A stretch of DNA of 63,825 bases, filler included, from Intoshia linei (Eukaryota; Animalia; Orthonectida), in the NCBI GenBank assembly GCA_001642005.1. It is 8 parts of 8 records of this genome, joined end to end, with 100 filler letters (N's around TTAATTAATTAA, not from the genome) between each part and the next. Parts side by side here need not be neighbours in the genome. Positions count along the whole stretch, not along the records: positions 43,066 to 50,395 come from LWCA01001566.1; positions 50,496 to 57,797 come from LWCA01001575.1; 6 more parts are not named here. One strand, written 5' to 3'. The position numbers and the translations under genes were made by a program. Under the pieces are notes generated by a model. That model searched no databases. It was not told the DNA's origin and saw nothing but the letters and a program-made list of their open reading frames with translations. This document shows, piece after piece, positions 44,501 to 57,245 of this stretch; the stretch's first letter is position 1; each line of letters opens with the position of its first letter.

Positions 44501-45989
44501 TAATCATGTCTAGATTAGTGTACAACAATATTTCTATTATCGTATCCAATCCGAGGCACAATACCTACTACGGGAGAGCAATCATGCCAGACAAACATAC
44601 CTTGATATAATACGAATATTATAAACTGTATTTGAATGGTCGCAACCATGATTGAGTAAAACACTCTCGCTGCATGAATGCATGCACAGAACATGACATG
44701 TATAACATGCTTAGTAATATCCCGCTTATAGGATAATACATCGTTGTTATAAAACGACTAGACATCATTACCACGTAATATCTAGTCGCACATGTCAATG
44801 TCATTGTCATCCCCATCAAATTCTGTAAGAATCCAACCACAAGTTCGAACAGATAAATGCCAATTATTACCACAACCGAAATGAAATTGTACACAATTTA
44901 CAACATACCAAACAACACCGAATATTTATAACCGGATAAGATACATTCCAAAATCATGGTCTGCGTGATAAAACCCATAAACCCACGCGAGACTATATTA
45001 ATTGGAGAAAGAATAAAATAAAAAAATAATGCAAGTTTCTGCATAGCGTACCAAACTAATCCATAGAAAACCATGGTAATTAGCCGATATCCGTTCCAAT
45101 ATAATAACTAGTAAGGATGTTAAGAAATCCTTTTATGTATAACTATAACTTTATTTATATGATAGTTTTTTACCAAAAAATTTTAGTATTCAAAAACGGT
45201 AACAAATTGTCCAGACTTTTTAAAAACTGCCTTTGTTGGTTCAACAATTATAAAAAGTCAAATAAGTTGACCAGTATTAGCGTAAATATTTAATATTTTA
45301 ATCAAATAGTATTCAAAATTACCTTAATATAGCACAAATCACAATAAAAAACATATCTACTTAAAAAAATCGATTTGGCACATCCAAAAATTTAATAAAC
45401 TAATTTCGATTTTTTTTTAATATTGAAACCACAGTAACAAAAAAATTATATACTTCGATTTGTCTAGTTCCATCTTCTATTCAAAAGACCCAAAATTAAG
45501 TTATTTGACATGGTAACAAACAAAATTATTATAATTAAAGATTTATTATAATAATTATTATAAAGTATTACAATTTTACATTACAATAATTAATAAGAAC
45601 AAATTAGTATAATTATACTAATGTGTTCTTTGTTATTGTTTATTTTCAATTATTTCTAAAAACCGATAAATTTAGTTACTCAATGCAATTATTAGTTCGT
45701 GAGATGCATTAAGTCGGTTTCTGTATTTGTTTTTGAGATATAGTAAACTAGAAAATCCTTTATCACACAAATATGTAGTGGAACATGGAATAAGGACATT
45801 TAATGCCTTGGTAGATAGATTAGGATAAGTGGACAATTTTGAACTCCTAAATAATTAAATAAATGAAATTAACTTTATTTTTGAAATTGCATCAATTTCA
45901 AAAAATATAGCTGCAAAATGATTTTTTTTCAAAATTGTTTCTGGCACCCCCAAAAACTGATTTGGCACTTCGGTTAAGAACCCATGTAC

Positions 45990-46591
45990 TAGATAGTGAT
46001 TTTTCTCCTACTTCTGTAACTTGCTCCGGCTACGATTTCAAAATAACATTTTTTATACCATTGAATTTAAATAAGTTTATTAAGAAAGTATCTTCTATAA
46101 ATAGTCCTCCCAGTATTTGCTTATTTTAAATATGACTTGTTATTGTGCGTTCTGTTACTTTGTAATTCTTTGTTCTTGTAAAGATCTGTTATCATATTAT
46201 CAGGAATTTTAGATCTATCCAAGTTTGATGTATTAGAAGCAACAATATACATCCACATTACAATCCTTGCATTTATACTCCTCGGATCTAAATAAGAACT
46301 GAGTCCTATTGGGTAGTGCTAAATTAACGAATTGATCTTTCTATATACATACTATTGAAGTGTCCCATTAATATAGATATCTCCAAGATATTTAATCTTT
46401 TTAGTAGATACTTGCTGTTTTGTACGATGAGTTTTTAATTCACATTCTTTATAGAAATTAAGGATCCTGACTAATTTACTAGAGACTACAGGATTGTCTT
46501 GAAGCACTATTAATGCATCATCACCCATGTAATTATCATTAACTTTAAATTTTAATAGGTCTATTTTGTTATAGTTGAGGCATTTAATTCT
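45990..46591 (-). pseudogene. Candidate endogenous viral element: RNA-dependent RNA polymerase palm/thumb fragment (dsRNA-virus-like)
   Basis: Frame from 46591 reads KFKVNDNYMGDDALIVLQDNPVVSSKLVRILNFYKECELKTHRTKQQVSTKKIKYLGDIYINGTLQ*YVYRKINSLI*HYPIG...; GDD at 46517-46525; no introns; in-frame stops. Confidence 0.55.
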
Positions 46592-47480
46592 TTAACTTTA
46601 ATTTGACTTCATTTTTGTATGAACTCCATGCTAACTCAATAGGATTCAAAAGATAAGAATATGGAGCGAGACGTATAATTTTAACGTCTTTGTCATCTCT
46701 TACGACAGTTTCTATATTGTTGTGGACGGGAGCACTGTCAATTACAAATGTCGGTGATGTGACACCTAATTCATAAGTTATGTTAATTAATCCCGTAAAC
46801 AGTTATTACAATCATCTTCTTTAAAATTGATTAAATTTAATTAATCTTTAAAATTTGATAATGATTAAAATTTGAAATTGTACATTCTAGTAGACGACAT
46901 TGCCGCAATTTACTGTAAATTAGATCCCTTAGAACTTCCAGTAATTACGGTACCTCTGGATCCAACCGTTGATTTACTTTTTTTCGGTCTACAAAATAAA
47001 TTAAAATTATACTTATTAATCCATATAATCGTTCTGCCGTTAGCTCTCACCAACAATAAACTTTCTATGTATTGAACTTGTTTTAATTTATTTTCTAGAC
47101 TATTCACAATGCAGGCATTGGTCTAATAGTTTTCACCGTAATCAATTCACAATCTAACTAATTTTTAATCGTGTTGGTACATTCTGTAACCTCGAAGGTA
47201 TGATACAATTTATCAACACATTGCCGTGATGTTATTCGGCAGTCTTCGACTATCCACTCAAAATTTATGTTGCAGGAAAGGATAAAGTCGCGTATGACAA
47301 TTTTATTGGCTACACTGAAAATAAAAGATTTTGGAGAATTTTTTGCCGCGATGCTTGTCATTTTAAAAATTTCATACAAAAACTAAAATATTACTTTATT
47401 TACTGGAATGTTATGATGGGATATGTTTTGAGTGGTCTTGTGTTGGTCGTCATGTTTGATTGTTCACTTTGCATCTTTAA
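46575..47480 (-). mobile_element. Decayed IS630/Tc1-like DDE transposase
   Basis: IWINKYNFNLFCR (degenerate first D), SKGSNL, FVIDSAPVHN...RLAPYSYLLNPIELAWS. Confidence 0.85.
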
Positions 47481-48339
47481 ATTCAATTCTACCTCATTAA
47501 TTTTTGTTTTTAGTGAAAATTTTTATAAAATAGAAAGAATTTTAAACATCAATAAAATAAAAAATAAACAATAAGTAAATTTTTTATTTATTTTTATTAA
47601 ATAATTTAGATAATTCTTAATCTTTATGAACGATACAAAGCAATTGATCACGAAAATAATAGATTTAACAATACTTCATCTTATTTTGACCAAGTCATTT
47701 TGTTGGATAGAGGTAAAATTGAAGATTTTGTCGTAAATTTAAGTGTAAATTAAGATTTTTATGGTAGACCAGGGCCATAGAGAGCCAGAATGGGCCCGAT
47801 GAGATGGAATAGTAGACCTCCCTATAAATTTTTTTTAAAAAAGGACATCTTGTCATTGCTTAATCCAGTGGTTCTCAACTTTTTTTAGTACATGGACCCT
47901 TTAGCTATTTTATATTATTTATATGCTCGTAAATTACGAGTTAAGTTTGTTTGAAAATAATTTTGTCGACCTAGATTTGTATAGTTTGCAAAACGGTTAA
48001 GTTAGCTCCATTATTTATAATTCTATAAATTAAATGTATGTGAACTGAACCTTAAATTTTTGTTTCAGTTTTGGGAATGTTCCATCAATGGTATACGACA
48101 ATAATTTATTCAAGTTTATATTGTTTTGATACACGTATATTTCATCATCAAATTTTCAATGTGTTCTTTAAGATGTCTAAATATCCAATTGAATTTAACC
48201 TTTCAGATAAAATTTTCATTGTACCTCAATTATTGATAGAAATATAACTATAGATCATAACTGATGTCGAGTAACGATTATTCTCTCTTATTGCAGAATT
48301 TGAAAGAGGTTCATTTTCTTTGTCTAAATTTGGTCGTAC

Positions 48340-48790
48340 GGAATTTTATTTTATAGTAACATTACATCACATCAGAAAAAAATACTTTTTTTCATGAATT
48401 CATTAACCATGTGCGGTGAATGTTCCTGAACTTCAATAGCCCTGGAATTTTCAATACAGATAGCCTCGGTTTTCTACGAACTGAACAACTCTTAATTTCG
48501 TTTTTATATAATCTCCTAATTTTACTGTTGATTGCGTTCACATCCCACGTGGATCTTAATTGAGGTGCACTACTTTATGGGTTTAATGGTAGGATCGAAA
48601 AAAATTTCTGTCGTCATGATCATCGGATAGTCTTTTACGGACTGTTTTAATTTCATTTAAAAAAATTTTGTTTTTTCGAATTCGTTTTAAGACCTTTAAA
48701 ATGCTTGAATAGTACCTACCTAATACTAGTCCAATTTCTCTCAAGCTTTTTCCTTTATTACGAAGTTTGTACATTAATTGTTTTTTTGTA
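48340..48790 (-). mobile_element. Decayed Tc1 transposase
   Basis: GKSLREIGLVLGR..S.I..VLKR HTH, RRKP, VFFSD first catalytic Asp; frameshifts. Confidence 0.75.
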
Positions 48791-48850
48791 TGTGCAATTT
48801 TTCTGATCTTTTTTCGAATGTTCTTTTAATTGAGGAGATAATTTTATTTC

Positions 48851-49520
48851 ATGGAAAATTATTATTTTTATATTAAGCTTTTAGATGTTGATTTTTACAC
48901 AATACTGTTATCTCAACGTGTTTTTGAAGGTATGGTGGATGAACATTGTGGTATTAAATGTGGAAATGTTGTTTATAATGATATAAATAATAAAAAAATT
49001 ACCATGCGTTTGAATAATGAGGTAATATTCATCTATTATTTACTCCAGTCATTTTTACTTGAGAACGTGATGGTGTCTTATAAACTTGAAATTATCCTAA
49101 TTTATAACTAATTAGATTTATGAATCTCTCAAACATTGTAATTTTTCAATAGTGCCACAAAAATTACACAATATAATGAACTTTTTGAAAAGTGGTTATG
49201 AGGTTTATTTATATTGTGAAAGTTTGACATTGTTATTTAGAAAGGAAGGGACATGCAATCTTTAAGTGAAATGATAAATTTTGTATCTAAGGATATGAGC
49301 GAATTGAAACAACAGGAAATAATGATTAATTGCTGTAATATTAATTTAATTTAACTAGGGAAATGTCAGACTGTAAATGACCCTCAATTTGATTGACCAG
49401 AATTTTTTTACTCTATATGAAATTAGTACCTCACAGCAAGTCAATTTTATCTAGCACTCGTTTAAAATTCACTAATAATCTGAGATAATTGCCATATTAT
49501 GATGATGTAAATGTTGATGT
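48851..49520 (+). mobile_element. Highly decayed piggyBac-like transposase
   Basis: Weak remnants (LSQRVFEGM, ENVMVSYK, NYTI.MN.F); a TTAA|CCC terminus occurs at ~50342. Confidence 0.35.
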
Positions 49521-50395
49521 ACTTTTTTCAAACTAAACACTTATTCAGTACCCATAGTAACCAATTTTACTCAGCATCCAGGTAAAAACTATTATATCAT
49601 TAGACAACATAAATTATCGTGTTTATCTAGGCAGTGATGGCAAGACTTTTTAGCTGGTTTTAGCTTTTTGCTGTTTCCTTTTGTAGTTGGGTGTCACTTT
49701 CAAATGATAAATAATTTTAGGTATGTATACTAAGGTGTTAACTTTTTGATTGAGCAATACAATAAAATATAAGCCCGTACGGTGTGAGAAATATAATTAA
49801 AATAAGATTTAGTATTTGTTATTTATTTGCAACAATATATTTTTGTATGAATGATAATTTATTTATACATAACTTAAAAATTACGAAACAATTAACAATT
49901 AATTTTATTTAAGTAGTTTATTTGGAGATGTATCAACTATTACATTAATTCTAACTTTAACACATTTTAATTTTTTAACAATCCTTATTCGAATGCATTT
50001 AAATCAGTGTTTTTTCTTTTCGTTTTTAAACATTTTTTCGTAATAAGTAAAAATATATTATACAATTAATATTATCATGTAATTATCGTCTGTAAGCAAT
50101 GATTCTAAATAAATACAATATTATAAATTCATACACAGTACGTAAGTATACTGTAATATAGTATATATTATACCAGGCATGTCAAACTTGCGGCCCGCAC
50201 GTTTCAGTTTCAAATTTATGTGCGGCTCGCACGACTTTGTATATATTATATACAATCAGTGGCGACTCTGACTCAAAAACGTTACCTTTCACAAAATTTC
50301 CTTAAACTTAGGTTAAATAAAAATTCATTAATAACCACTCTTTAACCCATTAGTGACCGACACCCTTTATACTTGGTCAAACATTATGATTTTCG

Positions 50396-50495
50396 NNNNN
50401 NNNNNNNNNNNNNNNNNNNNNNNNNNNNNNNNNNNNNNNTTAATTAATTAANNNNNNNNNNNNNNNNNNNNNNNNNNNNNNNNNNNNNNNNNNNN
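50396..50495. other. Artificial contig spacer
   Basis: 44 N + TTAATTAATTAA + 44 N; followed by an (AT)n microsatellite at 50496-50520. Confidence 0.98.
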
Positions 50496-51201
50496 ATATA
50501 TATATATATATATATATATAAGTATGATTGATGATTCATCAGATTATGTTAAAAGTAATAAAATTGGAAAATGCACTCATTTAACGGTGTAACTCAATCG
50601 GTAGTGAGTCCCTGCTAGGGACTACCAAAAAATAAGTGATATTCGAAATGTTTAACTTAAGTCACTGAAAACAACTTTGGACTATTAAATTTACTCCATA
50701 ATAATAACATGATAAGTCAGTGTATAATTTTTAATATAATTTTTTAATTAACTACAGTTTAGTCTAATGTAGATTGATGTAAAAGAATACATATACATTG
50801 TAGAGTTCTGCAACATAATCCGAACAAGAACTTCGCATTTAAACTTAAAAACTTATTTTATATTTCGTGTTCGAATCGTGTTTCAGACAAAAAATTCGTT
50901 TCGTTTGTATATATCACCTCAACATGATCCGATGCAAAGAACTCTAGTACATTCTAGAGAAGGAGTTGCAAAATTGTTCACAAATAATGTTAGGATTGAA
51001 AACCCTTTTAACTATGAGTCCTAGAATTTTAACATGTCTTCTTTATAATGAAACAAAAACGTGAGGTATTATGCATCATTAATTAAATTTTTTCAGAACT
51101 GCAATTTATCTAGATAAGGATTTACCCGTTTATTTAAATAAATAATCAAAACAAATATTACAAAATAAATCATATAATATACGACATTGAGGAAATTAAT
51201 T

Positions 51202-54200
51202 TTAGTTGGGTTTGGAATTTGAATTTCGCATAGAATTCCTCAAGTTATTTTCAACTTGTTCCCATGAATGATTGAGTTGCATTTTACATAAATCCTGAAA
51301 ATTTTCTTGATAAATTTTTTGTACAGAATTTTCGAAAATTGGAGTATTTATTTCAGTTTTAACTTTTTTTATATTTGGTTGAAATGTTTGCAAAATATCA
51401 ACATTGTAATAATTATTCATGGCTGTCATGTCTCTATTAAATCGGTTTGTATTTCTAATTGAATGATTAATAATTAGTCAAAAAATTTAGCCTAAGGCTA
51501 ATTTTTATTTTTAATAAAATAAATAATTGGATTGACATTTTAAATTTTAAAAATTGTCACGATATGTGTTAAATTTTAACCTCTTTTCTCTTTTGATTCC
51601 GTTTACTTCTCTAAATCCTTTGGCAAATGGGTTGTTGTTTATTTTTAATTTTGTGACCTTGTCGTTTTGGTAAGCTGTAACAGCTATAAAAGTAGTTTCA
51701 GGGAAAACATATGTTCTGAAACTACCGTAGACGGTATTCATATAATCGGATACCTTTACAATGTGTACTCTTGGGTGATATTTATGCATTGAATTAAGAA
51801 TTGACTAGAAATAATTAAATTTTTTTAATATATATTTATTACAAATCCTTGTCTATCAGCAATGTTGTTTGTTAATTTCATTTTGTGAAATGAAACTGGT
51901 TTTTGGGACCACTGTTCTCCAGTCATGGGAGATTCTGGGTGTACATACATGCGTTTACTAATTTCTGGGTCTGCTCGACCTGCCACGATCCATGAATTTC
52001 TATCAAATTTATATCGGCAATCGTTTATAGGTGAAATATCCATTAAAAGGATATATGAAACGTCGGGTTCCAATCCTTTAACGTTCACTTGAAAAGATGG
52101 AAACATTCGTCTAAATTTAAATTAAAATTGACTATCCAATTATAGCGTGAAAATTAACGAACCGCAAAATTAATACTTGTTTACAAATATATTGCCTAAG
52201 GTCAAAAATAGACGAGTATATGATTGTTGAACTAAAACTAATTCACAATTAAAAATTTGTATTTTTCAAATTTCAATGTAAAGGTTATATTAATCAAAGA
52301 TTTATTCCGATTGACTAATTAAAAGTTTTAAATATAAAATTTGTTAACAATCATCCAAGCTGATATATTTTAGTAAATGAGTAATATAGTTCATTTTTAA
52401 ATATAACGTTATAATTGAAATCAAATTAAATTTTACTCAAAACCATTTTTTCAATTAATTTATTTTAACTAATAATTAAGTTTACAAATGTAAAAATTAT
52501 TTTACAAAATGTCTTATTAAAAAATGCATTAATATGTAAATTACACATCTAAATTCAAAGATAATTTGCACGATATCTATCAATTTTTTACTCGATATGA
52601 ACGCGTCATTTAAAAAATCAATAATCAGATCAAGTGATGTATCAGTGAAATTTCAGGAAAATAAGTGTCCAATATTATATTTTTTATCAATATTACGCAA
52701 ATATTTTAAAATAATAATATTAAAATAATATTTTACAAAATTTGGCAAGTTTTTAAATGACTATTAATTCTATCAAAGGTGCAGATTATATAAGCCTTAT
52801 AGTACAATTAAATTAAAAAAATTCAATTTTCATTGACATGTAAATAGTTTTAAAATTTTGGGTCCAACTCGGATGTTAAAAAAATAAATTTTGATAAAAT
52901 TATAATTATACAATTTAGTTATCAAAAAAATCAGAATATCTTATGTTAACTGAATTTTACTAGTTAACTCGAGAATTACTGTAAATAGGAGAATGCTGCA
53001 CTTTACCCGTGTAAAAAAAAAAAATTTAAAGTCTAGATTTGTTCAGTTTTTACAACTAGGCCATGCAACAAAATATTGGGAAAATGGATCCTAAATGTAA
53101 ATAATTGAAATGTTAATTTGATGGTTTTAATTTAAAATTATATTTATTATATAGTACTATATTATACGTATTATTTATATAGGATTAAATTTTTAAACAG
53201 TAGAAAATAGAAAATATTAATTTGTGTATAAAACACAATCCTGGAATTAAATAAGCATTGATAGGATTAAAAAATGAAATTAATTGTTCATTATTAAACA
53301 ATTCATATACGCAAAGATGTTTAAATCAAATTGTGAGATTTACTCAAGTGTCATATTAAAAACAAATGGATATTCTAGAGAATTTTAATTACTGTAAACG
53401 ATACAATGTAAATTAATTTGACATTCTGTAGTTCAGTACTCTGGCACTCAAATTATATCAAAATCACAAACAATGCGTCTTACAACAAACCAAGAATTAA
53501 ATGAAAAAATTTGTTGACTGTGTAAACAATTAACGTAATAAATAATTATTAATTTTAGTGCAAGTACCTATTATATTTTTATAAAAATGTAGACTTGTTG
53601 GCGCCAGTTATTGTTAGATTTATGATACAATTACAAGACGCCAACAAGTCTAACAGGTAATTTGTAAAAATTCACACTACATCTCAAAGTGTATGTTTAA
53701 AAAATAATAAAAATAATAACCTTCCAGACTTGGTTATAATCATTTCAGTCCCACAATCATAAAATTTTTTCCAGAGATCATTTCCTTCTAATGAAACTAT
53801 GGGCTCCGGTGTATTTAAATTTTGAAGGATTGATAAAGCAATATCAGGGTGCATTGAAACAAATGATCTGATTTGCTGAGTTTCTTTGGATTTTGTTTTT
53901 AAATGAAATCGATATAATTCAATTTGGCCAGTTAATTCTGATGAAGGAGTCATAATTGCAAACATGGCAGCCAAGGTACTAACATTTTGAGGAACATTAC
54001 CATTCAAAAATTGATACAAATCTTTAGGGTTAATATTCAGCTGATATTGTGGATTATATTGGGAAGATTGCCATACATTGTCATATCTTTGTGGGTTTTG
54101 GTTGAAAGGTGAAATTTGGTTGATATATTGAATTTGGTTTGTATTAAAATTTAAATTATTCATCAAATTAGAGTCATTTTTTTTATACATTAAATTATTT

Positions 54201-54595
54201 GGATAGTGCAATGGCAAAGGTCGGTTGAATCTTATATTGTCCTGTGGTACAAAATTCATTGAATTTGAACAATTTTGAGTGGAATAATAACTATCATTAT
54301 TTTCGGAATTTTCAGAAACTTTGGTCCGATCTTCACCGATTATACTATCAATAGAAATTTTTAATTCTTTTTTATTTGTATCCATAAACTCGAAATTTTT
54401 AGTATCCAGAGAATGTAAAGATAGTGAAGACTTTGATTGTGAATTATTTGTACCTTCAGATGAAGATAAATCCTCCAATTTAAAAATTTTCAGTTGGACA
54501 TCACTGTGTGAATCATGATTAATTAAACTATATTTAACTTTTTGCTTTTCTAAGACCAATGGAGCTTCTATAAAATTTTCGTCATTACAGTTCAT
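51202..54595 (-). CDS. TBX2/3: T-box transcription factor, Tbx2/3 (optomotor-blind) subfamily (exons 54595-53721, 52110-51843, 51804-51581, 51454-51202)
   Basis: Complete T-box [19 protein letters not shown]|RMFP...DCRYKF...[25 protein letters not shown]...[11 protein letters not shown]|SILNSMHKY...[20 protein letters not shown]...NNPFAKGFR, followed by the Tbx2/3-typical REKR. Confidence 0.93.
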
Positions 54596-56888
54596 TAGGT
54601 AAATAAATTAATCTTTATAAATTTTCACAATTTGGTAAAAACACAATATCAATATAACACAACTAATAATAATAATATGCTATGAATAAAAGTTGCAATT
54701 TCAGTGTGTTTAGTAGGTGGTCCTATCTACAGCAGTATACGATTACAATACTATGTGTGTTTATACGTTCAATAAACGCGTGTTTAGCTAATGAGTTTGC
54801 TGCTACAGCTTACTAGTGTGAATGTTGGTAATAAGGCGTTTACAACAATTGTACTCGATATTTTATTGACAAACCTTTGATACTACCATATATAATTGCG
54901 CTACTAAGCACAATACAGAATATCAATATCAATCAACTTAAGACATGTGCGAGTTTGATAAATAATACATGATGCGTTTATTATTAGAACTGACAATTTA
55001 CTAATGATAATCAATTATGTTATCTTAACCAATAATTATTTTGCACGGGTAATCATGTTACGCCCATTGTGATATACCTTACGAACGCTGCAAAAAGGAT
55101 TTTTAATTGGAAATTTTTAAATTTTCTTTAATTTTTTTGAATAGTTACATGTCTTACTATTCACGTCTTAAAAGTTAATCATATTTATAAAACTATAAAC
55201 TAAATTTACAATCATCTTTAACCTCGAACCTGTGAATGTTTGAATTATTGTGTGAATCTTCGACTGATTCACTTTTTCATGTTACCTGTCGTGTGGCTCC
55301 AAAAAGTCTATCAAAATATATTTGTTTCATTTAACAAAGTTATCAAATGTAAAGAGTACAATTTAAAAACTAACACAGTTCATTCACCTTTTCTGGAATA
55401 GTAATAAATATAATCTATTGATGTTAACTAAAATTCAACACATAATCAATTTCATTGTTTGTAAAAAAATTTTTTTAGAATCGTGGTTTTATGTAAGGTT
55501 AAAACCCGGTAGATTGATTGCCAATTTAGTAAATAGTTACTCATGGTATGAAACTTATCAAATATCACGATTTTCGGTACAACAAATGTGGTAATTATTA
55601 AAAATATGTTATCAAAAGAAATTCCGATTCTTAAAATAAATATTTAATTTAAATTTTCGTCCGTTTCATTATTCAATTTTATGAATTTAAAATTTATTTA
55701 ACTAATTGGTTTTTGTAATTCCATTGTAATGTCAAAAACTTGTCAAAATTTGATCAGATAAACAAAACCATATGAATAATTAATTAATTAATTAACTTAA
55801 CAATATGTTCTCCAACAATATTTGTAAAATATTTGTTAGAAACCTATCTTTTATAAATATCATATCCATATTGTGACGGATGAACAAAAACGTCAAACAT
55901 GTTAGATTAGCGCCATCTAGTCTATTTGTTCTTTTACAAGTGTGAATTTGATGATGTGTGCATCCCGCAAATATTTAATATTATTGTCAAATAGTGTCAA
56001 TTTGCCATCTTTGAAATTTCGGCGTCCAAATGACGCAAATATTTATTTTAAAAGTTAAGAAGATTTAATCTTCTCATATTTAGTTTTCAGTTACGAAACT
56101 TACGAAACAAAGAAATGTTTCAATATTTTCACGTAACAAATAAATTAAATTAAAATTTAAAACCGACCTTATTTACAATTGATGATTTAACTTTCAATTT
56201 ATAATCAACAGCGTCAATTCAGCTACATTGATAGACATGTATTGAAAAGCATCCACTTAAGTCAAATAAATGTTAATGAACATAAATCCACTGTAAATTA
56301 CCTGAAAAATATCAAATTGTAATTATACAAAAATTTCTGATTATAAAAATATGAAAATGCGCCATTTATATTTGCATTTTAAGTCTGTTGGCATGATGGT
56401 AGGTAAAGTATATTACCTGGTTAATTTAATCAAAATTGGCGCAATAATTGTGCGTTATTTTATGATAATATTTAGCTACAGCAGAAATGTGTCACGTTTA
56501 AACCAATTAGATTACAGTTTGTCAATTGACAATATCAGTAATTATGACAATTGATGCTATGTTTAAGAAAAAAATAGCACAATGTGAATTATTGTATTTT
56601 TTAGACAATATTTCGATGTACATTTATTTTTTTAAATTATAAACATTTAAAAAGATTATGACGAAGGTAATTATTTTGTTACGTTTACTATTTATTGATT
56701 AAAATTTTTACTTATTAAATCTGGTTCACCAACCTACACTACGTTGGTAAATTTCATCTGACACATGACTCTGATATCATAAGATGGGAGGTTGACTATA
56801 AGACAAAATAAATACATAAATATTTGATTATTAAAAATTTAATAAGTTAAGTATGAATGTCGATAAAAAACAAATTCATTTTTATTGA

Positions 56889-57134
56889 CAGGGTCGTGGA
56901 GAGCTAGCAATATATGTCATATAAATTTTTTTTAAATGGGACGTCTATACAAACTGTACAATGTACATTGTTTAATCGATCGTTTAATGTCTAAAAATTA
57001 AAAATCGCATTGGTCATAATAAAATTTCTCAAAAATAAGAAATTTTCCAACATTTTCTATTAATAAATTAAAATAATAGGCCTTTATGATTGTAGATCCG
57101 GGCTATGTAAATCCTAGACCCTCTCCACGGTCAT
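56889..57134. mobile_element. hAT-like MITE of the CAGGGCCGTGGAGAG family
   Basis: Ends CAGGGTCGTGGAGAG / CTCTCCACGGTCAT. Confidence 0.65.
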
Positions 57135-57245
57135 ATCTATTATATGCTTGAGTCGATCGTCAGATCACCAAATCCACTATTTTAAGCCAAATCTTCTAAG
57201 AAGGGTAGAGAAGGACCGATAATTACGGCCCTAAAATTCTAAATA

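Noticed and set aside
44520-45110. ORF 44619-44894 (-) as a membrane protein or second viral fragment
   Set aside because: Hydrophobicity reflects the antisense of an A/C-rich, stop-riddled strand with only faint gag-like similarity; no supportable motif.
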